This document shows, one piece after another, positions 1-12,229 of a DNA stretch of 64,000 bases. Origin of the DNA: Eledone cirrhosa (lineage: Eukaryota); assembly GCA_964016885.1 (NCBI GenBank), contig OZ024740.1:87296001-87360000 (forward strand), read 5' to 3'. Position numbers and translations under genes: made by a program. Numbering within the stretch: position 1 is the stretch's first letter; each line of letters opens with the position of its first letter. The notes below the pieces were generated by a model. It was given only the letters and a program-made list of their open reading frames with translations. It made no database searches and was not told where the DNA came from.

Positions 1-639
1 TTATTTTTTCAGTCAGAAATAGAAGGTAGTGTCCATGACACTTTTCAGGGCATTTGGAACTGGTGGGAAGGAGACCTGGCTTAAATGCTTGAATAGAGTA
101 GACTTCACTAAAGAACCCCAAAGGACAATTTGTGGGATTAAGTCTACCATCTAGAGCTTTAAACAGTTCCTGAACAGGGATTAACTTTGCATTTTGACTG
201 CTGCCAATAGTCTATAAATCATTTGCTTTATCCTGATAATACTGGGTTTTCACATACACACAGGTCAGAAATTTACAGAAAGTGATGTTTCATTAGGTGG
301 ACTCCTCATAATCAACTGATACTTATTTTATTGACTCAAGAAAGACAAAGATTAAAGTCAACCTTTGTGGGATTTAAACTTAAAGTGTAAAAATATCTGA
401 TTTCAGTGCATGCACAATAGCCTACTTTGCATTTATTATTGATATTTTAGCAAGGATAGAGGCCTACCTCAACAGGATTTGAACTCAGAAGGTAAAGGTA
501 TTCAATTCTGTTCATTGCTCTACCAATTCTGTAAAAGCACTGCCCTAATTTCACCAGATAGTCTCAATGTTTCTAGTTCTGTTTCTAATACATCTATGAT
601 GGCCTAGTTTATATTTTTTATTGCTGGTATTTTATCATT

Positions 640-1760
640 AAATTATCATTGCCAAAGCCACAATTTTCATCTTTAGATCTGTCTGCCAAAACATCATTCT
701 CATATTCAATTGTTTTTATATTTTTGTCAGTTCTAGTTTGTTTCTCTTTGTATAAGTTGAAGTTGACTTTCTCGCAACAATATCTGTTACTTTATTTGTT
801 TATTATTTGATTCAGTGAATATATTCTTCTGATTTATGCTGCAAATGATTATATTTTAAATACTCTCATTTTCATAGTTTATATTCTATCTGGTTTTTAT
901 TATTATTATTCATTAGTTTTCTTTTAAGTCTTCTATTTCTATGGCTGATTACCTTTAGGATACACCTTGTTAAATTAGCTAGACTATTAGGATCCAAAGC
1001 TACTTGGAAAACAGTTTTTTTTTTTAAATCTCTATACAAAGTATGTGCATAATGTGGTCAAATCTTTTTTTTTTATATGTAGAAAGCAGTTTGTTATAAG
1101 ATATGCTTGTAGTATGGAGGTGTTCTTCTCTTATATCTATTCTGTTTTTATTAACAGGTTTCTACAAGAGTAAAGACTGACCCTTTTATTTAGCTTGATA
1201 TTTTTATCAAGTACTGGTTTATTTCTTGAAGCTCCAGCATGTTTTCACGCTTCTATTTTTTAATACTTTTTTTTTATGCATCAATTTCAAAGATGCTCTA
1301 AGCATTGTTTTTATTGTTTGTTATAAGTAGACTTGTTCTAGTGTTGATTTCATTTGCACTCCATTAGTAAATTTATTTTACACATGGTAGCCAGACAAAA
1401 GGGTAAATATCAGCAATACATGTGAAGAAAACAGAAATAACATAAGAAAATTAAACAACTTAATACAAAAACAAGTTAAACAGATATCCATCAACATGAT
1501 TTGGTTTTTCATAAACACATTTGTTAATATCTTTGTTGTTATATTATTTGATGTTAATGGATATTTTTAGGGTTGTTAATAACTATACCAAACATTCTTT
1601 AGCCTTGTACTACTCTCCCGACACTTTATTCTCTCATTGATATTAATGTCATTATCCTACACCTGTTGTTGATATTATTATTAAGAATATGCAAATGTGG
1701 TATAATCCCTTCAATTGTTGCCTTTGTGGCAAATAGAATAAATCATCAGTTCACTTGCCA
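640..1760 (-). mobile_element. Highly decayed non-LTR retrotransposon remnant, probably R4/Dong-like (RT plus restriction-like endonuclease)
   Basis: Frameshifted minus-strand peptides resemble R4/Dong motifs: NxWSANEI near 1350-1370, YENE..I near 860-880, VTDIVA...EKQ...KYK...EYE...W...KIVAL near 650-790. Many stops. Confidence 0.4.
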
Positions 1761-1784
1761 CATGTTTTAGATTACATATGCAAA

Positions 1785-2052
1785 AAAGTATACACATACA
1801 CATACATACATATACACACACATATATACATACATACATATACACACACATATATACATACATACATATACACACATATGTGTACATATATATATACACA
1901 AATACATATATATATATATATATATATACATGTATATATATATATGTACATGCATATATCTACATATACATATATACACCCACACAGACATATACACACA
2001 CACATACACATATGTGTGTGTGTGTGTACTTTTTTGTACACACACACACACA
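1785..2052. repeat. Compound (TA)/(CA)/(CATA) microsatellite
   Basis: Directly visible; source of the YI/HT/CV pseudo-ORFs. Confidence 0.95.
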
Positions 2053-3018
2053 GAGTCAATCTTCTGAAGTGCCACAACAAAAAACATCCAGTCCACTCTA
2101 TAAGTTATTTGGCATTAGGAAGGGTATCCATCAATATGTGGTCACCTAATTATGACAGCCAACCAAACCAATGCAACTATGGAAAATATATGTTAAACAA
2201 TGATTATATATATACATATACATACACACAGATATATAACCATACATATATTATCATCAACATTACTTAACACCCTTTTTTTCTGGGGTTAGATGGGGTC
2301 ACACACTAAGACAGTACTTATTTGGAGTTACTCTTTTATCAACAGGCTGGATGCTTACTTACGTTCTCATTTTGGCACGAATGAGTACTTAGTTTATTTT
2401 ATCATGGCAGAAGCACTATAGAAGTTGTATATATCCTTGACACAACAGAAGAGTTCTCTTAATTCTTTCCATTGCATGGTTTCCATGACTGGATGCACCT
2501 TTTAACACCAAACAGTAATTCTAAAATCATTTGGTCTATTGCAGCTTAGATTTATATTCCTCAGGCAGAGGAAGCCACACAATATTATATTAACACAGAG
2601 ATACAGACCATAGAAAACTCAATAATGGAATATAATATACAATATCTTGTTATAAATGACTTCAGTTATAACACCAGGGAGGTTTTTTTTATTTTCTTAC
2701 TGTTTAGTCGAGGGGAAGAAGGCTTCTTCAAGCTGGAGATATTGCATGAATGCTTACAACAGAGAGAATTCTACTAAAGGCCTGCCCCCAAGAGCCAGGT
2801 GGTGGTGTTAAAATAGGCAATAGATTAACTCTACCAGCTCTAATATTTCAGATCAAATGTTTTTAAATCAATCAGAATACAATAACATTATACAATTTAA
2901 TTGAAATATCTCAGTAACACATACTAAATATGTATTTCCTAGCTGTGAAAAGTATACTGCAAGATTTTAATATAGATATATAAGTAAAAACTTAATTTAA
3001 TGTTTGTTTTTTTTTCAG

Positions 3019-3113
3019 GCAATTACAATATTATTGCTTTTTTCATGATGTCGCAATTTTTCGATTTCATGAGTTATTTTGTGCGTTGAGATATTGTAGT
3101 CTGGAGAGAAGTG
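3019..3113 (+). other. Candidate 95-nt exon (unassigned)
   Basis: Strong acceptor tgtttgtttttttttcag| and donor agtg|gtaaga; one open frame QLQYYCFFHDVAIFRFHELFCALRYCSLERS; no recognisable homology. Confidence 0.25.
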
Positions 3114-3944
3114 GTAAGAATGTATAAATGGTCTTGACTATATGAAAATATACCCAGGAATATAACATATCAAATCTAAGTGAAATTTAACTTAAATATA
3201 TATTAATCTCTAAAAGTATAAGTGCTTAAGGATGAAAGCAAAATAACAATGGCCATTATTGCTGTTGATAGTGTTTCTACTACAACTGCTACACAAATGT
3301 GAAATTAAAGATTCTAATAATGGTAATTTTCTATTATTCATTTCTGAAACAATAGTGTGTTGATCCCTGTTCAACAAAAGAATGGAATCAGCACAAAGAT
3401 AACTTATTTGTTCACTTTTCATTATGTTAGAACAATTCTTGCAGATAATATGAAAAATTCAGTTTGGAAGAAAAAAGAATTCTGTAAAAGTATATAAAGG
3501 AAACCTGTGAAGAGAAAACAATAGCGCATTTAAACTGTCTCAATCTACATACCTCATTTACAATTGCAATTGAAGGATGGGAGGAAATATTGCTGGCTTA
3601 CCTGAAACAAACAGAAATAAAAAATATAATATAATACAGGATGAGTAAAGAAAGAAACAAAAATATATACTGAAGGAAAGAAATAGACAAACTAAATTCT
3701 CTTAACATTTTTATAACAAATTTCAATAAGAGTAAACTCAAAGTATATTAGCTGTTTTATTGCAGTATTTTAATCAAAAGTGTGTGAAACCACAGAAAGT
3801 TATATTGATGACATCAAGAGCTAAATGTATCTGACTGAACAAAGATATGACACTTTTGTGATTATATTTTTATCCTAATACTTGAGAATTTCACTATCTT
3901 ACAAACGAACAGGATTTAGTTAGTCTACTGAAAATATCTGATTT

Positions 3945-4072
3945 AATGATAATGATAATTGTTATTGCTAGTATGATTAATATCATTATTGTTATTATTA
4001 TCATTATTATTATCATCACCATTATTATCAAAATTATGATTATTATTATTGAAATATGATTATTATTATTGA
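3945..4072. repeat. Degenerate (ATT/ATC)n microsatellite
   Basis: Runs of attatt/atcatc leading into the gap. Confidence 0.85.
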
Positions 4073-4076
4073 ATGG

Positions 4077-4276
4077 NNNNNNNNNNNNNNNNNNNNNNNN
4101 NNNNNNNNNNNNNNNNNNNNNNNNNNNNNNNNNNNNNNNNNNNNNNNNNNNNNNNNNNNNNNNNNNNNNNNNNNNNNNNNNNNNNNNNNNNNNNNNNNNN
4201 NNNNNNNNNNNNNNNNNNNNNNNNNNNNNNNNNNNNNNNNNNNNNNNNNNNNNNNNNNNNNNNNNNNNNNNNNNNN
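4077..4276. other. Assembly gap (200 N)
   Basis: Run of n characters. Confidence 1.
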
Positions 4277-4389
4277 TTTGTTATACAAGCTATCGACTTC
4301 ATGCGCATCACGTGTCAATACCAACGTAGCCTTCCTCTCGAGTAAACAACATCTGATCCCTCTTATTTCTAATTTTTTCCTTAGTTCGT
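4277..4389 (-). mobile_element. RTE LINE fragment, inverted near-copy of 7133-7245
   Basis: Translates [18 protein letters not shown]...; its reverse complement aligns closely with the C-terminal part of RTE copy 1. Confidence 0.9.
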
Positions 4390-5325
4390 ATATAATGTAT
4401 ATATATATATGCATATATATATGTATATATATGCATATAATATATATATACATATTAATATATATACATACATATATATATTATACATACATATATACAT
4501 ACATACATATATATATATATACATACATATATACACATATATATATATACATACATATATACACATATATATATATACATATATACACATATATATATAT
4601 ACAATATAAACACATATATATATATATACATATATACACATATATATATATAAACATATATACACATATATATATATATAGTATACATATATACACATAT
4701 ATATATATTACATATATACATACATATTATATATATATATACATATATACACATATATATATATTACATATATACACATATATATATATAACATATATAC
4801 ACATATATATATATTTTACATATTACACATATATATATACATATATACACATATATATATATACATATATATATATACATATATACACATATATATATAT
4901 ACATATATATATATACATATACACATATATATATATACATATATAAACATATATATATATACATATATATATATATCATATATACCATATATATATATAC
5001 ATATATACACATATATATATATACATATATATATATACATATATACACATATATATATATACATATATACACATATATATATATACATATATATATATAC
5101 ATATATACACATATAATATATATATACATATATACACATATATACTATAATAACATATATACACCATATATATATATACATATATACACATATATCATAT
5201 ATACATATATACACATATATACTACACTATATATATATATACATATATATACATATATATATATATACATATATATACATATATATATACATATATATAT
5301 ATATACATATATACTATATATATAC

Positions 5326-5356
<31 letters not shown>

Positions 5357-5397
5357 CATATATACATATATACATATATATATATATACATATATAC

Positions 5398-5428
<31 letters not shown>

Positions 5429-5460
5429 CATATACATATATAATATATATACATATATAC

Positions 5461-5491
<31 letters not shown>

Positions 5492-5498
5492 CATATAC

Positions 5499-5529
<31 letters not shown>

Positions 5530-5562
5530 ATATATATAATATATAATATATATACATTATAC

Positions 5563-5597
<35 letters not shown>

Positions 5598-5658
5598 CAT
5601 ATATATAGATATACATATATATAGATATACTATATATAGATATACATATATAATATAT
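4389..5658. repeat. ~1.27-kb degenerate (TA)n/(TATACA)n microsatellite
   Basis: Directly visible. Confidence 0.97.
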
Positions 5659-5659
5659 A

Positions 5660-7790
5660 GCTAATGAGGAGAATAAGTGGGAGGAAGACAGTCTCCCCCA
5701 CATCGACCCAATAGAGGGACCAGCAGTGTTAGTCGAAGGTAGTATAATAAGTATGGCAATCAAAGATATGAAGACGGGTTAAGGCGGCTGGGCCTTCGGA
5801 AATAGTTGCTGAGATGCTGAAAGCTTCTGGAACGGTGGGACACACCATGGTTACCCGGATAGTAAACCAAGTCATACAGAATGGGGTTGTTCCGAAGGAC
5901 TGGCGTAGCAGCATCATCGTTAACTGCTACAAGGGTAAATGAGATGCCCTAGATAGGAGTAACTATAGAGGCATTAAATTAATCGACCAGGTCATGAAGG
6001 TCACAGAAAAAATAATAGCGCAACTAATCAGAGAAAGAATTGATCTAGATGAAATGCAGTTCGGGTTTGTGTCAGGCAAAAGTACCACAGACGCTCTTTT
6101 CATTGTACGACAACTACAGGAGAAGTACCTAGCTAAAAGTAAACCCCTATACTTAGCTTTTGTCGACTTGGAAAAAGCCTTCGACAGAGTCCCCCGTTCC
6201 ATTATCTGGTGGCCTCTTAGAAAGCTACGTCTTGATGAATGGCTTGTGAGAGCTATACAAGCCATGTATAAAGAAACAGTCAGCAAGGTTAGAATTACCA
6301 ACGAATATAGTGAAGAGTTTAGCGTAAAAGTTGGTGTTCATCAGGGCTCCGTTCTTAGCCCCTACTATTTATTATTGCCCTTCAGGCTATAACAGTGGAC
6401 TGCCCATGGGAACTCCTATACGCAGATGATCTAACGCTTGCAGATGATCTAACGCTTGTAGAAGATCTAACGCTCATAGCTGAATCAATGGCCGAACTAG
6501 AGAAGAAATTCCAAACATGGAAGCATGGCCTAGAATCAAAAGGCCTTAAAATTAACCTGTATAAGACTAAAGTTATAGTTTGTAGGAAGGAAAATAGGGC
6601 GCTGGTCCCATCCGGGAAATGGCCACGCTCAGTGTGTAAGAAAGGAGTAGGTAGAAACTCCATTTTATGTCCCAAATGCAAAGTATGGGTGCATAAAAGA
6701 TGTAGTGGGATCACAGGTAAGCTAACTAAGAACATAGATTTTATATGTGGCCGGTGCACTGGTGCAATAAGTAGCAGCAAGTGCCCACAGAATACTAGCT
6801 CATTCCATTGCACAGATGGGTTTATAGAAATAGTGGACAGATTCCGTTACCTGGGTGACAAAATCAGCAGTGGGGGAGGGTGCTCTGAAAGTAAAGTAGT
6901 TAGAGTCAGAACTGGATGGAAAAAGTTCAGAGAGCTTATACCACTATTAGCCGCTAAAGGGTTCTCCCCAAAAATGAAAGGCAGGCTGTATGATGCCTGC
7001 ATACGAACAGCAATGTTGCATGGCAGTGAGACCTGGGCATTGTGTGCAGAGGATATACGCAGACTGGAGAGGAACGAAACTTGCATGCTCCGCTGGATGT
7101 GTAATAGTAATATACGTGAACGGCAAAGCATAAACGAACTAACGGAAAAATTAGAAATAAGAAGGATCAGATGTTATTTACTCGAGAGAAGGCTACGTTG
7201 GTATGGTCACGTGATGCGCATGAAAGACGACAACTGTATAAAAAAAGTGCAGGCCAATAAAAATAGATGGTAGCCACGGAGTAGGCAGACCCAGAAAAAC
7301 CTGGGGCGACTTGATAAATTCCGACCTCACACACTTACATCTCTCCAAGACAATGTCACTGGACCGAGATCTTTGACGCTACACAGTAATAGAGAAGACC
7401 CGCCTTACCTAAGTAAAAAGTGAAACCTACTACAGTCAGTAGGCACCTCTAACAAAATACACCCCCGTCCCACTACTCCCACCCCATCCACACCACCCCT
7501 TTCAATGTAAAGTTATGTTGGTACCAGCCCGAAACAAATGAGGTCGTGTAGGTGTCACAACATAAAAACACACAGTCCACGCTGTAATGTGACCGTGTAG
7601 GCAACACGGTAAAAACCTCCCAGCCAGACACTGTAAATGTGGTTGGTGTTAGGAAGGGCATCCAGCCGTAGAAAACCCGCCAGACAGTCCTATGCGAGCA
7701 AGACAACCACTCTTGCCTCAAGTGGGAGAACTCCCGTCCAAACCCATGCAAGCGTGGAATATTGACATTAAACGATGATGATGATGATGA
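5660..7790 (+). mobile_element. RTE-clade LINE copy 1 (5'-truncated, frameshifted), RT with PHD insert, extended 3' UTR and (ATG)n tail
   Basis: RT motifs QFGF...STTDA, AFVDLEKAFDRV, GVHQGSVLSP, LLYADD, KTKV, FRYLG, and RTE C-terminal motifs GSETW and RRLRWYGHVMRM. Stop at ~5940 and frameshifts. Ends cattaaacgatgatgatg. Confidence 0.95.
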
Positions 7791-7802
7791 TATATATATA
7801 TA

Positions 7803-9217
7803 TACACAGGGGAGCAGTCAGCAAAGTTATGATTAGCAATGAGTATACCGAGGAATTTAGCGTACAGGTTGGGGTCCACCAGGGCCCTGTTCTTAGCCCC
7901 CTGCAGGCAATAACGGAGGGGTTTAAGACCGGATGCCCATGGGACCTCCTGTATGCTGAATCTATGACCACTTATAGCTGAATCTATTGTAGAACTAGAG
8001 AAGAAATTCCAAACTTGGAAGCAGGGACTAGAAAGAAAGGGTCTCAAAGTCAACATGGCAAAGACTAAGGTCCTTGTAAGTAGACGAGAAAACAGAACCC
8101 AGATCCCCTCAGGGAAATGGCCTTTCTCAGTATGTAGGAAAGGTGTAGGCAGGAACTCCATTCTCTGCCCCAAATGCAAACAATGGGTACACAAGAGATG
8201 TAGCGGGATCTCAGGAAGCTTAATTAAGAATGTAGGCTTCACATGCAGCAGCTGTACTGAAACAGCAAGCAGCAAACAGCCACAGGAAACAAGTACGACC
8301 AATCTCTGGGAGGGCTCTGTAGAAACAGTAGACAGCTTCTGCTACCTAGGTGACCAAATTAGCAGCAGAGGTGGGTGCTCAGAAAGTACAATAACTAGGG
8401 TAAGAACGCGATGGAAGAAGTTTAGGGAACTACTACCACTGCTAGCTGCAAAAGGCTTCTGCCTCAAAATGAAAGGCAGACTGTATGATGCGTGTATACG
8501 AACAGCGATGTTGCATGGTAGTGAGACGTGGGCGCTGAAGGTGGAAGACTTAAGTAGATTAGAGAGAAACGAAGCCTGCATGCTCCGATGGATGTGTAAC
8601 AGTAATATACGTGAACGACAAAGCATAAGTGAATTGAGAGAGAGACTGAGCATAAGAGGAATCAAATGCTGTGTGCAGGAGAGGCGGTTGCGCTGGTATG
8701 GACATGTGATGTGTATGAAGGATGACAGCTGCATAAAAAGGTGCAGAGCACTAGAAATCGATGGAAACCGCGGAGTGGGGAGACCCAAGATGACCTGGGA
8801 TGAGGTGATAAAAGCCGACCTTACCCAATTACACCTCTCAAAGGCGATGACACATGACCGTGACCTCTGGCGTCACGCAGTAATACAGAGTACCCTACCC
8901 CCCATGGGTACAAGCTGAAGCATATAGACAATATGCCCCCCCCCCACCCACCCTATGGTGATCGTGGAGGTGCCACGGCAAAAAAGAACCCAGCCCACAC
9001 TGTAAAGTGGACGTGTAGGCGCCACTAAAAAGCACCCAGCACTCACTGTAAATGAGGTTGGTGTTAGGAAGGGCATCCAGCTGTAGAAATCAAGCCAAAC
9101 CATGTATGAGCAAGGCATGGTCAGCCGACCAGACACTGCTCACAACAGGACAACCCGTCTAACCCATGCTAGCGTGGAGGAACGGACGTAAAACGGTGAT
9201 GATGATGATGATGATGA
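7803..9217 (+). mobile_element. RTE-clade LINE copy 2 (5'-truncated), RT with PHD insert, extended 3' UTR and (ATG)n tail
   Basis: GAVSKV...GVHQGPVLSP, damaged YADD, ORF 8055-8918 with FCYLG, GSETW, RRLRWYGHV, GRPKMTW; tail ggacgtaaaacggtgatgatg. Confidence 0.95.
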
Positions 9218-9554
9218 CATGGAGGCACATGGCTTAGTGGTTAGAGCATTGGCCTTGCAATCGAAAGGTTGTGAGTTCAATTCTCAGACCGGGTGATGTG
9301 TTGTTTCCTTGAGCAAGACACTTTATTTCACATTGCTCCAGTTTACTCAGCTGTAGAAATGAGATGATAGGGACTGGGGTCCCTATCATTCCACTACAAA
9401 GTGGTCGTGGAGGTACCACGACAAAAAAGCACCCAGCACTCACTGTAAATGAGATTGGTGTTAGGAAGGGCATCCAGTTGTAGAAATCAAGCCAGAATCA
9501 GTTCCCGTCCCACCCTTGCAAGCAGGGAAAAAGCGGACTTAAAAACGAAATGAT
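9218..9554 (+). mobile_element. tRNA-derived SINE family B with RTE-type tail
   Basis: A box ggcttagtggttagagc, B box gagttcaattc, CORE/V-like tccttgagcaagacactt, body ggtgttaggaagggcatccag, tail cccacccttgcaagcagggaaaaagcggac. Confidence 0.88.
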
Positions 9555-10518
9555 ATATATATATATATATATATAATTTACACAGTATTAAGAAAATGAC
9601 TGTCCTCATCATGATCTGCACACAGAATTATCCAACAATTGTTCCAATTCTGTGTAGAAGAGGTTAACGTTATTTTTCATCCTCCTGGGCTCTGACAAAT
9701 AAAGCACCAGACCAGGGCAGAGGATTCATAAAATTGTTAGAGCATTGAGTGAGATGCCTTGCAGTATTCTTTTCAAAACTTTAAGCTCCAAGTTCAGATC
9801 CAACTTAAATGTGGACAGTGAAAACAACTCTGTTGCAAGCAATCAGCTGAGGTCTCCAACTGGTCTCATTGGTCCTGAAATGGGTCATGAGCTCTGCCCT
9901 TCTCTCCCTGATTAAACAGTAAAACAAATTATTAAGCCTGCATTTCAATATAAAAATAGCATAAAAATAGCATAAACCTTAAATAAATAAGAGGATAAAA
10001 ATAATCTTTAGTTGATATAATAAAAAATGTGTGTTCAGATTCTACACATAAGAATCCTCACTTGAGTAAAACACATTTAATAGATATAAGAAATAAAAAT
10101 ATTTCTTGCATTTTGATCCATAGATACCCCCAAAAAGGCATCAAGTGTCAAACAAAATGAATGTTTATGTATACCAAAATGAAGAATAGAGTTACATTCT
10201 GTTCAAAGAAATTAGCTAAATCTAGAAATGTAAGATATGTACAGAAGCAAAATATATACTAATATATGTTGAAGTATGTTTATAGACAGATAACCATGGT
10301 GAAATCTAATAACTATCACTACCAATGTGTATTATTTCATCCTTTGTTTTTTGGTGCATAAAGACTGAATACTACTGAAGTCATGTTGGAACAATTATAT
10401 CTCTCATCTCAATAGAGTGAAAACCCAATATTGATCTTGTGACGCTTCAATAAGTTTACAACAAGTTGCTGACCTTGTGCCAAAAGTAGAAACAATTGTT
10501 TTACCCATCTTCATTGGC

Positions 10519-10795
10519 ATCATCATCATCATCATTGTCATTTAACATCCATTTTTTTCATGCTAGTATGGGTTAGATGAGTTGTCCTATTGTGAGACAA
10601 GTCAGATCAGATGACCAGGTCTTGCTCATATGGAACTGTTTCAGCTTGGTTTATACAGCTAGATGTCCTTCCTCATGCCAACTGCATTAACAGCAGGGAC
10701 AATGTGCTTTTTAATTGTGGCTAATTGGACGAGGTACTTTTTCATTGTCACCATCGTGACTACCTTACAGAGTAGACTGGGTGCTTTTTGTCAGA
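10519..10795 (-). mobile_element. Degenerate RTE/SINE 3' module with (CAT)n tail
   Basis: catcatc...tttaacatcc...catgctag, agctagatgtccttcct and the ~48-bp unit, all matching 8960-9217 in reverse. Confidence 0.75.
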
Positions 10796-10899
10796 TCAGC
10801 AATAAAGTAAAATTAGGAGTGGGGGGTAAAAACTAGTACAGACTTTCGTTGGAATTTCTGTCTTAAGTGAAGTTATATTAAACATTTTGAGAATTAAGT

Positions 10900-11170
10900 T
10901 TGTGTGGGTTAGATAAGTGCTCTCCAACACAACACCTCCCCATTTGTCTTTTTCCTTTGTCATCTTTGTAAGGTTTAGCATCTTGAGATTTGCTTTCACC
11001 ACTTCTTTTCAAGGCTTCCTCAAACTTCTCTACCACATCTTCCTTCCACATAGAACATCTGCTATTTCTTCCATCACCCAGCAATCACCATTCATACGCA
11101 ACCATCACTTTCACATACTACATCTGATTCCTTTATATAACTAATTCTTGCCTCAGCTCATCAATAAAAA
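10900..11170 (-). mobile_element. RTE LINE 3' coding remnant
   Basis: IDELRQEL...EVVKANLKMLNLTKMTKEKDKW matches the C-terminus of copy 3 (EVVRADLRSLKLTEEMTKDRHKW). Confidence 0.8.
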
Positions 11171-12229
11171 TATAGCACAAGAAAATGTATGTGTATGTAT
11201 GTAAAATTAAGCACACGATCTGAGAGTATTGTGGAAAACAATTTTATAATATGATTTATAAAACCAAGGATTAGATTATAGTGCCATCAATCAGTAATAC
11301 TTCTCATAATAACTCATAAATGTAGAAATGTAATGTCATTACCGTATCCAAAATATTAGTTATGCAAAAGCAATCAAAATACCTAACATGTTTAGAGGGT
11401 GTGGAGAATTGACAATATATGGAATTCATTCAACTCATTACTTTATTTATGATATATCCTTTTCAGATTGCTTAATAACAAAAAATATTTAATTATTAAT
11501 TTTTATAGAGTAAAAAATATTACTTCCCAATTAGACTAAATTGTCTGTCGCCAGATGCATAATAAATTTCCATCATTTAGATTAATTACTATTTTTTATC
11601 TGGAACTGAATGGTGATGATGATGATAATTTCCTGTGTATGTGTGAAGACATATACTAAAGACAGACATGGAAAATGTCTATATATTCCCATAACTCTGT
11701 TTACCTAAACCTATAGATTGTTTTTTTCAGGGAGAGAAAGGTAGTGCCACATTTTTTAGGACTTCAGTGATTGGGGTGGGGGAGAAAGGAGAAAGGTTTC
11801 CTCAAATTGGAGTCCTGGCTCAAGAGTTAATATTAAACTAGGTGTCAGATTAAATTTACCTTCAAAATAGGCCTTAGTAGGATTTGAACTCAGAAAATTG
11901 AGAGGCAAAATATTTTGTTCATTACAAAATATATAAAAATTCAGATAATATTACTAATTTATCCAATTTCATGCTATTGTCTTGTTTGAGTTATTTATAG
12001 ACCTCTTTTGTCAAATTATCAAGCAACATTGAGGTCTCATAGTTCAACGCATGGCCATAGTTGTCTTTTGCCCACAAAGTTACGACTTTCTTCTGTGTAT
12101 GTAAATTTTCTTTGTGAGATTTGTTCTTATATCTCTTGAAATTATCTCCACTTTACTTTGTGAGTCACAAACAATTTTTGCCAGGGTATGGTTCTCTTTT
12201 GGCAACTAAGAAGGGAATATAATTTAATT

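Noticed and set aside
3210-3422. 70-aa ORF as a host coding exon
   Set aside because: In-frame TGA lies between it and the nearest good acceptors; no recognisable homology.
1711-5600. Many overlapping ORFs rich in YI/HT/CV, and ORFs with X runs
   Set aside because: Translations of microsatellites and the N gap. The same applies at 29278-29652, 35959-36388, 41401-41737 and 44015-44663.
5557-8788. Minus-strand ORFs over the RTE copies (also 24245-25626)
   Set aside because: Antisense shadows of the RT frame.
9221-9292. tRNA gene
   Set aside because: A and B boxes are present but run into a SINE body and tail; no complete cloverleaf evident.
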